A DNA stretch of 24,000 bases, from NCBI RefSeq assembly GCF_000420525.1, contig NZ_ATVC01000003.1:66947-90946 (forward strand), in the 5' to 3' direction. The stretch's first letter is position 1, and every line of letters starts with the position of its first letter. Positions 1-7,862 of this stretch are shown here, piece by piece. Both the position numbers and the translations under genes were made by a program. The DNA is from Aquaspirillum serpens DSM 68. Its GTDB lineage: Bacteria > Pseudomonadota > Gammaproteobacteria > Burkholderiales > Aquaspirillaceae. The notes under the pieces were generated by a model that had not been told where the DNA came from, did no database searches, and saw only the letters and a program-made list of their open reading frames with translations.

Positions 1-130
1 TGCGCAACATCAGCAAACGAATCGCATCAGAGATAGACAAGCCCATTGCCTCCAGCGCATCAGCGGCACGTTCCTTAGTATGCGCATCAATACGGGCTCG
101 GACATAGGTATTGGAGGTAGCCATGGTCAT
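1..130 (-). CDS. dinJ: RelB/DinJ-family type II antitoxin, N-terminal part only (gene runs off the left window edge)
   Basis: Minus-strand translation from ATG at 130-128 gives MTMATSNTYVRARIDAHTKERAADALEAMGLSISDAIRLLMLR. This matches the DinJ N-terminal ribbon-helix-helix pattern VRARID..K..AAD.L..MGL.ISD as I recall it from E. coli DinJ. It is missing from the ORF track because it is truncated and short. Confidence 0.8.
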   Translation of the reverse strand, partial: MTMATSNTYVRARIDAHTKERAADALEAMGLSISDAIRLLMLR

Positions 131-155
131 TTCACTTGAAGGTTTTAGAAGTTTG

Positions 156-184
156 ATTGTAGTCATACTGAGACTACAAATCAA
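156..184 (-). promoter_or_regulatory. Candidate sigma70 promoter with overlapping palindromic operator for the antitoxin gene
   Basis: The minus strand reads TTGATT (184-179), a 17-nt spacer, then TACAAT (161-156), about 30 nt upstream of the ATG. The spacer and -10 are covered by the perfect palindrome TTGTAGTC-N7-GACTACAA (157-179; extendable to 10 bp arms with one bulge). This is the usual autorepression layout of type II TA loci. Confidence 0.5.
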
Positions 185-314
185 AAATCGAACCTGCTGA
201 CGCGGTGAACAGCAAACACCTCAATTAGGCTATTCACGCTCTTGACCTCAATCTAAACCCAAGATTTTCCACGCAGTGGGTTACAAGGCGGCATACGGTA
301 GGAAGCACAGAACG

Positions 315-340
315 CAAAAAAGCCCAGCGTGTGCTGGGCT
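315..340 (-). terminator. Rho-independent terminator downstream of the tRNA gene
   Basis: The minus strand has an 8-bp stem AGCCCAGC / GCTGGGCT with a 4-nt loop (340-321), followed by TTTTTT (320-315). It lies 12 nt after the tRNA CCA end. The plus-strand side also carries TTTTCTT. Confidence 0.75.
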
Positions 341-352
341 TTTCTTAAATTC

Positions 353-429
<77 letters not shown>

Positions 430-442
430 AATCGAGGAGTGC

Positions 443-471
443 ATATTAGAATGCTTTAGAGGTGATGTCAA
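443..471 (-). promoter_or_regulatory. Near-consensus sigma70 promoter for the tRNA gene
   Basis: The minus strand reads TTGACA (471-466), a 17-nt spacer, then TAATAT (448-443), then the GC-rich discriminator GCACTCC. The -10 ends 13 nt before the mature tRNA 5' end. The -35 hexamer overlaps the rstB stop codon (468-470). Confidence 0.6.
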
Positions 472-1784
472 GCCCCCAATGCAGATTTTTCGATCAATTC
501 TGTCGGCCAGCTTAAAATCAACCGCGCTCCACCCAACGGTGCATCTTCGATCAACACCTGCCCCTGATGGCCTTCTAATACTTTTTGCACAATCGCCAAC
601 CCCAAACCATGCCCCCCAGTGTGGCGGCTGCGTGCTTCATCAAGACGCGCAAAGGGCCGCAATACGGTTTCACGAGCATGGACAGGAATTCCCGGCCCAT
701 CATCATCAACCCAAATCTGGGTTTGACCTTGCTGTTGCACTAAACGAATCTCGACCGCCGACTCACCATAACGGCGCGCATTATTGACCAAATTCATCAC
801 TGCCCGCCCCATATAATAGGTGTCGATAGCAGCAATCGGATCTTCATCACCTGTGAGGTTTTGAATGGCTGGGGGAGCTTGTTGCCAGCTCAATTCAGCC
901 AAAATCTGCTCTAACCACGGCAACATTGCTACCGGATGCCGTTCTAGACTCATCTCCGGTTGATCCAGACGGCTAAAAATCAATAACTCTTCGGTCATCT
1001 CATTTAAGTTGTCTAAATCACGCTCAATTTGGTGCATGATTTTTTGCGCCAGCGGGTCGGGGGTGGTGCCGCGCAGGGCTTCTAGGCGATAGCGCAAGCG
1101 CGCAATGGGTGTGCGTAGATCGTGTGAAATGCCGTCAATCAGCGTTTTTCGGGTTTGCACCATCTCGCCCATACTGCGCGCCATGTGGTTAATCGCCTGC
1201 GCCAGATCAGCCAAAGGTGAAGTATCAGGCAGATGGGCGCGGGCAGAAAAATGCCCCTGCCCGAGTTGTTGTGAAACCAACGATAATTCTCGAGCATGGC
1301 GTACCAAAGGACGCAGCCATAAAAATGCCGGCACCCCTAATGCTAACGCCAACGACAACACCGCTAACACATCAATCCAATTTAACTTACGAGCAAAAAA
1401 CAGATAATCCACCGGCCCGATCGTCAACACCGAATCACTTTTGGGGATACGTTGCACATAAACATCGCGCTCGGGTAACAACACAATGCCACCGGCGATT
1501 AAAGAGCGGCTGTGTTCATCATTGAGCACATAACGATCTAGGGTTTCAATCGCAATCGGTAAATCGAGCCGTTGTCGTAGATTGGCGACCCGTTGCGGCC
1601 ATTGTTGTTCTGGCACCTCGCGCAGTTCAATCTCAATCAGCGTTAATGTGGTTTGGAAAACATCGGCCAAATAACGGCGGTTGTTTTCTTTTAAGACATG
1701 CTTATAAATCCCCCCCACCACCAAGGCCGAGAGCAGGAAAAAAGCCAATACCCCAAGATAAAACCGCAAGAAAACCCGTTTCAT
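468..1784 (-). CDS. rstB: Sensor histidine kinase, RstB-like (2 TM segments, HAMP, HisKA, HATPase_c)
   Basis: 438-aa ORF. The H-box is LIDGISHDLRTPIARLRYRLE, the N-box is NLVNNARRYG, and the G-boxes are DDDGPGIP and GGHGLGLAIV. The N-terminus MKRVFLRFYLGVL..GGIYKH and the overall layout align well with E. coli RstB from memory. It directly abuts the rstA-like gene. Confidence 0.85.
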   Translation of the reverse strand: MKRVFLRFYLGVLAFFLLSALVVGGIYKHVLKENNRRYLADVFQTTLTLIEIELREVPEQQWPQRVANLRQRLDLPIAIETLDRYVLNDEHSRSLIAGGIVLLPERDVYVQRIPKSDSVLTIGPVDYLFFARKLNWIDVLAVLSLALALGVPAFLWLRPLVRHARELSLVSQQLGQGHFSARAHLPDTSPLADLAQAINHMARSMGEMVQTRKTLIDGISHDLRTPIARLRYRLEALRGTTPDPLAQKIMHQIERDLDNLNEMTEELLIFSRLDQPEMSLERHPVAMLPWLEQILAELSWQQAPPAIQNLTGDEDPIAAIDTYYMGRAVMNLVNNARRYGESAVEIRLVQQQGQTQIWVDDDGPGIPVHARETVLRPFARLDEARSRHTGGHGLGLAIVQKVLEGHQGQVLIEDAPLGGARLILSWPTELIEKSALGA

Positions 1785-2528
1785 CTATGCCACCGGATCG
1801 TTGCGCCACGCATCACCAGCAAACAAATAGCCTTTGTGACGAATGGTTTTAATCCGTTTTGGCTCGGCAGGATCGTCGCCCAATTTTTTACGTAAACGCG
1901 AAACAGCAACATCAATCGAACGATCCAGCCCATCGTAATGCACGCCACGCAAGGAGAATAATAAATCTTCTCGTGATAACACTTTTCCGGCATGACAGGC
2001 CAACAACCACAGTAAATCAAAATCAGCGGTAGACAGTGAAATAGATTCACCGGCGTAGTGCACGCTGCGGTTAATGCTGTCGATTTGCAAGCTACCAAAA
2101 TCTAGCACCGCCCGCGCATCATGGGTACCGGTGGTGGTTTGCATCACGGCGGCGGGGGCTTGGGTGGTTTGTTGCCGCAGGTGCGCCCGCAACCGCGCCA
2201 GCAATACCGAGGGCGGTGTCGTCTTTAACACATAATCGCTTGCCCCTAATTCAAAACCCAAAATCTGGTTCATATCGCTATTGAGCGAGGTCAGCATCAC
2301 AATCGGCCCCGCATATTTAGGGCGCAGTTCACGGCAGACAGTCAGGCCATCTTTACCCGGTAACATAATATCGAGCATCACCAAATCAGGTGGGTCGGCC
2401 AAAATCGCCTCGACAGCGGTATCACCACGATCAATATGAGTGACGTCTAAGCCATAGCTACGCAGATAGTCGCCGATCAATTCGGCTAAGTCGCGGTCAT
2501 CCTCGACGAAAACGATGCGCTGCTGCAT
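1785..2528 (-). CDS. rstA: OmpR-family DNA-binding response regulator, RstA-like
   Basis: 247-aa ORF. The receiver domain has the DD..D motif (VEDD, LDIMLPGKDG) and there is a winged-helix C-terminus (LSTADFDLLWLLACHAGKVLSREDLL..RSIDVAVSRLRKKL). The segment LTSLNSDMNQILGFELGASDYVLKTTPPSVLLARLRAHLRQ is nearly colinear with E. coli RstA as I recall it. Confidence 0.85.
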   Translation of the reverse strand: MQQRIVFVEDDRDLAELIGDYLRSYGLDVTHIDRGDTAVEAILADPPDLVMLDIMLPGKDGLTVCRELRPKYAGPIVMLTSLNSDMNQILGFELGASDYVLKTTPPSVLLARLRAHLRQQTTQAPAAVMQTTTGTHDARAVLDFGSLQIDSINRSVHYAGESISLSTADFDLLWLLACHAGKVLSREDLLFSLRGVHYDGLDRSIDVAVSRLRKKLGDDPAEPKRIKTIRHKGYLFAGDAWRNDPVA

Positions 2529-2690
2529 ATCTTTGTTCCACCTTTTGCTTTTGTCTATCGTTTAACCATCGCATTCTAACGCGGCTTGAGCAACACCGGC
2601 ACAGGGCTGTGCTAAACTTAGCGGTTAACTCATTCTTGCCACTCACAAAATTGGCTGTTCTGCCAATTGTCGGCACTCTCTAGCTAAGAC

Positions 2691-4061
2691 ATGATGAAAA
2701 AAGTCTACATTAAGACCTTTGGTTGCCAGATGAACGAGTATGACTCGGACAAAATGGTCGATATTCTTGACGCAGAACACGGCGTAGAAAAAACAGACAA
2801 TCCCGAAGAAGCCGATGTGATTCTGTTTAACACCTGTTCGGTACGCGAAAAAGCACAAGAAAAAGTCTTTTCCGATTTAGGCCGCATTCGCCATCTTAAA
2901 CAACTCAAACCCGATTTAGTGATTGGTGTCGGTGGCTGTGTTGCCTCACAAGAAGGCGATACCATCGTCAAACGCGCACCGTTTGTCGATGTCGTGTTTG
3001 GCCCACAAACCCTACACCGTCTGCCAGAGCTGATCCGTGCCAAACAAACCACCGGTCGCTCACAGATTGATATTACCTTCCCCGAAATCGAGAAATTCGA
3101 CCACTTACCACCGGCGCGCATTGAAGGCGGCTCAGCATTTGTGTCGATTATGGAAGGCTGCTCGAAGTATTGCTCATTCTGTGTGGTGCCCTACACCCGA
3201 GGCGAAGAAGTCTCGCGCCCACTCGATGATGTGCTGGTGGAAATTGCTGGACTGGCACAACAAGGGGTGAAAGAAATTGTCTTGCTTGGACAAAACGTCA
3301 ACGCCTATCGGGGTGAGATGGCTGATGGCGAAATCGCCGACTTTGCCTTGTTGCTGGAATATGTGCATGAAATTCCAGGGGTGGAACGGATTCGCTTTAC
3401 CACCAGCCACCCACGCGAGTTTACCGACCGTTTAATTGCCTGTTATGAAAAATTGCCGAAATTGGTCAGCCATTTACATTTGCCAGTGCAATCAGGATCA
3501 GACCGCATTTTAGCCGCGATGAAACGCGGTTATACCGCATTGGAATACAAATCGATCATCCGCAAATTGCGCGCTGTGCGCCCAGATTTGCATTTATCGT
3601 CTGATTTTATCGTTGGCTTCCCTGGGGAAACCGAAGCAGACTTTGCCGCCACGCTTAAGCTGGTCAAAGATTTGGCATTTGATTTTAGCTTTGTCTTTAT
3701 CTACAGTCCCCGCCCCGGTACCCCCGCTGCCAACCTCAGCGACGATACCTCACATCAAGAAAAAGTACGGCGGTTAGAAGCCTTAAACGAAGTGATCGAG
3801 GCCAATGGCTATGCCATTAACCAAAGCATGGTTGGCACGGTGCAGCGAGTCGTGGTCGAGGCCGTTTCAAAACGCGGTGAGAATTTATTAGCAGCGCGCA
3901 CGGCCAATAACCGCGTTGTTAACTTTGTTGGACACCCGCGCTTAATTCGTCAAATGGTCGATATCCGCATCACACAAGCCTTCCCACACTCTCTAGCCGG
4001 AGAAGTGGTCACACAAGAAACTGAATCCACCGCTAGTGTGGGGCAAGGTGTTGCCCTGTGA
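2691..4061 (+). CDS. miaB: tRNA-2-methylthio-N6-dimethylallyladenosine synthase MiaB (radical SAM)
   Basis: 456-aa ORF starting M(M)[20 protein letters not shown]. The radical-SAM cluster motif is [17 protein letters not shown] and a TRAM-like C-terminus is present. The start could be the second ATG at 2694. Confidence 0.95.
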   Translation: MMKKVYIKTFGCQMNEYDSDKMVDILDAEHGVEKTDNPEEADVILFNTCSVREKAQEKVFSDLGRIRHLKQLKPDLVIGVGGCVASQEGDTIVKRAPFVDVVFGPQTLHRLPELIRAKQTTGRSQIDITFPEIEKFDHLPPARIEGGSAFVSIMEGCSKYCSFCVVPYTRGEEVSRPLDDVLVEIAGLAQQGVKEIVLLGQNVNAYRGEMADGEIADFALLLEYVHEIPGVERIRFTTSHPREFTDRLIACYEKLPKLVSHLHLPVQSGSDRILAAMKRGYTALEYKSIIRKLRAVRPDLHLSSDFIVGFPGETEADFAATLKLVKDLAFDFSFVFIYSPRPGTPAANLSDDTSHQEKVRRLEALNEVIEANGYAINQSMVGTVQRVVVEAVSKRGENLLAARTANNRVVNFVGHPRLIRQMVDIRITQAFPHSLAGEVVTQETESTASVGQGVAL

Positions 4062-5020
4062 TAGAACACATTGCTTTCACACCCGTTGACAACCTGCGCT
4101 TGCAAAATTTATGCGGCGCATTAGATGACAATCTCAAGCAAATCGAAACCGCATTGGATGTTGCCATCTCGCGGCGCAATGAGCGTTTCAAGATTGTCGG
4201 TAATCGCGCACGCGAAGCGGCGCAGGTGATCGAATCCTTTTATCTACGGGCACAACGTCCACTAGAGGTGGAAGATATCCAACTGGGGCTGGTTGAGCTG
4301 AAACGCTCCACGCTAGGCCAAAATGGGCAAGAGGCTGGTGTGCCGGTGTTATTGACCCGCAAAGGCGAGCTACGCGGTCGCACACCGCGCCAAAATGAAT
4401 ACATTAAGGCGATTGCCGAACATGACATCACCTTTGGCATTGGCCCAGCCGGCACTGGCAAAACCTATCTGGCAGTAGCCTGTGCAGTCGATGCGATGGA
4501 GCGTGATGCGGTAAAACGGATTATTTTGGTGCGACCGGCTGTAGAAGCAGGGGAAAAACTAGGCTTTTTACCCGGTGATTTGGCACAAAAAGTCGATCCC
4601 TACCTGCGGCCACTTTATGATGCGCTGTACGATTTAATGGGGTTTGACCGCGTCAGTAAGCTATTTGAAAAAAATCTGATTGAAGTAGCACCACTGGCTT
4701 ATATGCGCGGACGCACCTTAAACCAAGCGTTTATTATTTTGGATGAAGCGCAAAACACCACACCGGAACAGATGAAAATGTTCTTAACCCGCATTGGCTT
4801 CGGTTCAAAAGCGGTGATTACTGGTGATATCACCCAGATCGACTTAGCACGACATCAAAAAAGCGGCTTGGTAGAAGTAGAACGAATTTTGGCGCAGGTG
4901 CGCGGCATTCGTTTCCATCACTTCCAATCTGATGATGTGGTACGCCATCCTTTGGTACAAAAAATTGTTGATGCCTACGACCGATGGCAGCAACCGCCGG
5001 CGAAAGAGGAAAGCCAGTGA
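4058..5020 (+). CDS. phoH: PhoH-family ATPase (YbeZ-like)
   Basis: 320-aa ORF with Walker A GPAGTGKT and Walker [10 protein letters not shown]. It occupies the conserved position between miaB and ybeY. The GTG start overlaps the miaB stop (GTGA at 4058-4061). Confidence 0.9.
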   Translation: MIEHIAFTPVDNLRLQNLCGALDDNLKQIETALDVAISRRNERFKIVGNRAREAAQVIESFYLRAQRPLEVEDIQLGLVELKRSTLGQNGQEAGVPVLLTRKGELRGRTPRQNEYIKAIAEHDITFGIGPAGTGKTYLAVACAVDAMERDAVKRIILVRPAVEAGEKLGFLPGDLAQKVDPYLRPLYDALYDLMGFDRVSKLFEKNLIEVAPLAYMRGRTLNQAFIILDEAQNTTPEQMKMFLTRIGFGSKAVITGDITQIDLARHQKSGLVEVERILAQVRGIRFHHFQSDDVVRHPLVQKIVDAYDRWQQPPAKEESQ

Positions 5021-5529
5021 AAACGACGAAACAACGCTATCGCTATCAACCCGCGACCTTAGAACTCGACTTTGTTTGTACGGTTGACCACGGCGAGCGG
5101 CCCACTTTGCGCCAATTCCGCCGTTGGATTAAAGCCGCCCTCAACCATCGTATTCGCCATGTGCAAATTGGGATTCGGGTGGTTGATGCGGAAGAAGGTC
5201 GTTTATTAAACCGCGACTATCGTGGCAAGGACTATGCAACCAATGTGTTGACCTTTGCGTTGCACGAAGGGGGAGATGATATGTTCGCCTTCGTCGGATT
5301 ACCGTTATTGGGCGATATTGTGTTGTGCCACGAGGTCATTGTCCGCGAAGCGGCAGAACAAAATAAACCCTTGTTAGCACACTATGCCCACATGACGGTA
5401 CACAGTGTTTTGCACTTGCAAGGGATGGATCACCAAGACGATACCTCGGCAGAAGCCATGGAAGCACTTGAAACAGCCATCCTAGCACGGTTAGGATATG
5501 CGGACCCTTACGCTTCGGAGCGCAATTGA
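5017..5529 (+). CDS. ybeY: rRNA maturation endoribonuclease YbeY
   Basis: It carries the zinc motif [11 protein letters not shown] (H..H.....H). I prefer the GTG at 5017: it has the SD GAGGAAA 6-8 nt upstream and overlaps the phoH stop as GTGA. The ORF-track ATG at 4984 has no SD and would overlap phoH by 37 nt. Confidence 0.85.
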   Translation: MKTTKQRYRYQPATLELDFVCTVDHGERPTLRQFRRWIKAALNHRIRHVQIGIRVVDAEEGRLLNRDYRGKDYATNVLTFALHEGGDDMFAFVGLPLLGDIVLCHEVIVREAAEQNKPLLAHYAHMTVHSVLHLQGMDHQDDTSAEAMEALETAILARLGYADPYASERN

Positions 5530-5534
5530 CCCTC

Positions 5535-6375
5535 ATGGACGATCCCAGTAAACCGTCCTGGCTGGGAACGCCTTTCCGCCTTTTTATTACGTGAACCAGA
5601 AGACCGAGAAGAACTGATCGAACTGTTGCACTCGGCTTTTGATCGCAATTTATTCGATGCCGACGCCCTCGCCATGATCGAAGGCGTGTTACAGGTCAGC
5701 GAGTTGTGTGTCGGTGACATCATGATTCCGCGCAGTCAGATGGACGTGCTTTCAGTTGATCAAGCCGTCCCCGACTTTCTGCCCTTTGTGATGGAAACCG
5801 CCCACTCACGCTTTCCTGTGATTGGTGATAACAAAGATCAAGTGCTGGGCATTTTGCTTGCCAAAGACTTGCTGCGTTACTTCGCCACACCTGACGATTT
5901 CGATTTACGCGATAGCCTACGGCCAGCGGTATTTATCCCCGAATCAAAACGGCTCAATGTACTATTGCGTGAATTTCGTGAAACACGGAACCATATGGCA
6001 ATCGTGGTCGATGAATACGGTGGCGTAGCCGGATTGGTCACCATCGAGGACGTGATTGAACAAATTGTGGGTGACATCGAAGATGAATACGACTTTGATG
6101 AAACCGAAGACCATATTGTCCCGCAAAAAAATGGTCTCTATCGCGTCAAAGCAGTCACCGAGCTCGCCGACTTTAACCAAGTGTTTGGCACTGAGTTTAG
6201 CGATGAAGATTATGATACCGTCGGTGGACTGGTGGTTTCGCAATTCCGCCACCTGCCCAAGCGTGGAGAGAGTATTCAAATCGGTGAGCTAGAATTTTTG
6301 GTGTTGCGCGCCGATAGTCGCCGCATCCACACCTTACAAGTGCAACGCATTCATCACACTACCCCCTCTTCCTGA
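5535..6375 (+). CDS. corC: Magnesium/cobalt efflux protein CorC (CBS pair plus CorC_HlyC domain), with an apparent 1-nt frameshift near the 5' end
   Basis: The ORF-track frame (5626-6375, TTG start) has the CBS pair and transporter-associated domain. The family N-terminus is split: ATG at 5535 gives MDDPSKPSWL in frame +0, and ERLSAFLLREPEDREELIELLHSAF follows in the next frame after the GGG run at 5564-5566. There is no ATG or GTG start in the downstream frame before 5626. Confidence 0.8.
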
Positions 6376-7859
6376 TGCCAGCCACGCTTAGCCGCTATGG
6401 CGCGCTCATCCTTTTGGGCGCGCTGTCTGTCGTTTTATTTGCGCCATTTCGGCAAGGCTATCTTGCGCCCTGTCTGCTGGCCGCTGTTTTATTGCTCCTA
6501 CCTCGACACAGCCCAGCACAGGCCACACGTGGAATGTATCTATGGGCACTCAGTGCCTACTGTGCCAACTTCTATTGGATTTATCACAGCCTACATGACA
6601 TTGCAGGCTTGCCGGCGGTGTTTGCCATTCCGTTGGTTGCCTTGTTACCGGCATGGCTGGCGTTGTTCCCTGCGGCTGCCGTGTATTTGACGCAAAAACT
6701 GTCATGGCGTAATCCCTATTGGCAATGGCTAGTTACCTTGCCAAGCTTATGGACTTTATTCGATTGGATGCGCGGTTGGCTGTTAACCGGCTTTTCTTGG
6801 GGTGGGCTCGGTTATAGCCAAATCCCCAATTGGCCGTTAGCAGGTTTAGCACCGTTATTTGGTATTTATGCCGTCACTTGGGCTGTGGTCGCCAGTGCCG
6901 GCGCACTGGTTTTACTATGGCAACACCCCAAACACCGACAGTGGGTAGCATTGGGTCTGACGGTGGTATGGGCTGGTAGTTGGGGGCTGAGCCATATTCA
7001 GTGGACAGAAGCCAGTGGTAAACCGCTGAGTATCAGTCTGGTGCAGGGCAATATTCCACAAACCTTGAAATGGGAACCGACGATTTTTGCCCATACCCTC
7101 GACACCTACACCCAACACATGACAGCAAGCCCAGCCAAGCTGGTGATCTTGCCTGAAACCGCCTTACCAATTTTTTATGATGAATTACCGGCCCATTACT
7201 TACAGCCACTGCAAGCGTTATTACAGCAGCAGGGAAAAGAAGTCATCACCGGTATTCCATTGCGCGATAGCAGCGGTGATTACAACGGGGTAATTTCTCT
7301 CACCCAACCCACACAACAATACCGCAAAGCACATCTGGTGCCTTTCGGTGAATATGTCCCTCTACCGTGGCTGACTGGTTGGTTATACCGCTATATGAAT
7401 ATGCCAATGTCGGGCTTTGCGCGGGGAGGGGCAGAACAAAAGCCGTTTACAGTCGCCGATCAAAGCATTGCTTTCAATATCTGTTATGAAGACAGTTTTG
7501 GCGAAGAATTGCTCGCGGGGGCGCGCTCAGCCACGTTGCTGGCTAATGTGTCGAATCTGGCGTGGTTTGGTCATTCTACGGCGGCAGAACAACATCTCCA
7601 GCTCTCGCAAGCACGGGCACTCGAAACCGGCCGCCCGATGCTACGCGCCACGAATACTGGCCTCACAGCAGTGATTGACCAACGAGGGCAAGTGTTACAA
7701 TCACTGCCTCAATTTCACAATGCGCGCCTAGAAACCTCGGTACAAGGCAGACAAGGTGAAACCCCCTATTTAAGGTGGGGAAATTGGCCAGTGCTTATTG
7801 CATTATTACTGGCGATTGTTTTGAGCTTATGTTATCGCCGACCTTTTGATCACCATTGA
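6375..7859 (+). CDS. lnt: Apolipoprotein N-acyltransferase Lnt
   Basis: 494-aa ORF with a polytopic N-terminal half and a nitrilase-type C-terminal domain (LVILPETALP, KAHLVPFGEYVP, NICYEDSFGEE containing the catalytic Cys). The ATG overlaps the corC stop (TGATG). The position after corC matches the conserved arrangement in E. coli. Confidence 0.92.
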   Translation: MPATLSRYGALILLGALSVVLFAPFRQGYLAPCLLAAVLLLLPRHSPAQATRGMYLWALSAYCANFYWIYHSLHDIAGLPAVFAIPLVALLPAWLALFPAAAVYLTQKLSWRNPYWQWLVTLPSLWTLFDWMRGWLLTGFSWGGLGYSQIPNWPLAGLAPLFGIYAVTWAVVASAGALVLLWQHPKHRQWVALGLTVVWAGSWGLSHIQWTEASGKPLSISLVQGNIPQTLKWEPTIFAHTLDTYTQHMTASPAKLVILPETALPIFYDELPAHYLQPLQALLQQQGKEVITGIPLRDSSGDYNGVISLTQPTQQYRKAHLVPFGEYVPLPWLTGWLYRYMNMPMSGFARGGAEQKPFTVADQSIAFNICYEDSFGEELLAGARSATLLANVSNLAWFGHSTAAEQHLQLSQARALETGRPMLRATNTGLTAVIDQRGQVLQSLPQFHNARLETSVQGRQGETPYLRWGNWPVLIALLLAIVLSLCYRRPFDHH

Positions 7860-7862
7860 ATC

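Noticed and set aside
187-345. A possible plus-strand small RNA would end at the 321-340 hairpin, which also has a TTTTCTT tract on the plus strand.
   Set aside because: There is no credible plus-strand promoter: the best match, TTGATT-16-TACAAA, lacks the conserved final T. The hairpin is fully explained as the tRNA terminator on the minus strand.
479-2098. Several 60-105-aa ORFs lie within or opposite rstB and rstA (479-787, 1105-1407, 1217-1525, 1646-1852, 1698-1895 and 1781-2098).
   Set aside because: They overlap the well-supported kinase and regulator genes either out of frame or antisense. They have no motifs and no independent translation signals.
2529-2640. A TAGAAT -10-like hexamer on the minus strand lies upstream of rstA.
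   Set aside because: There is no acceptable -35 at 16-18 nt spacing. It could be activator-dependent, but the sequence alone does not support a call.
2649-2668. A perfect 7-bp inverted repeat AATTGGC-N6-GCCAATT lies about 25 nt upstream of miaB, in the divergent rstA/miaB intergenic region.
   Set aside because: It is short enough to occur by chance in a 160-nt spacer. No convincing -35/-10 context or second copy was found. It is noted only as a possible operator.
2643-3410. Minus-strand ORFs (2643-2858, 2705-3121, 3174-3410) lie opposite miaB.
   Set aside because: They are antisense shadows of a clearly identified radical-SAM gene, and one would have to span the miaB promoter and start region.
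4984-5016. An upstream ATG start for ybeY would overlap phoH by 37 nt.
   Set aside because: It has no SD. The GTG at 5017 has GAGGAAA upstream, gives a GTGA stop-start overlap like the miaB/phoH junction, and gives a more typical YbeY length. It remains possible.
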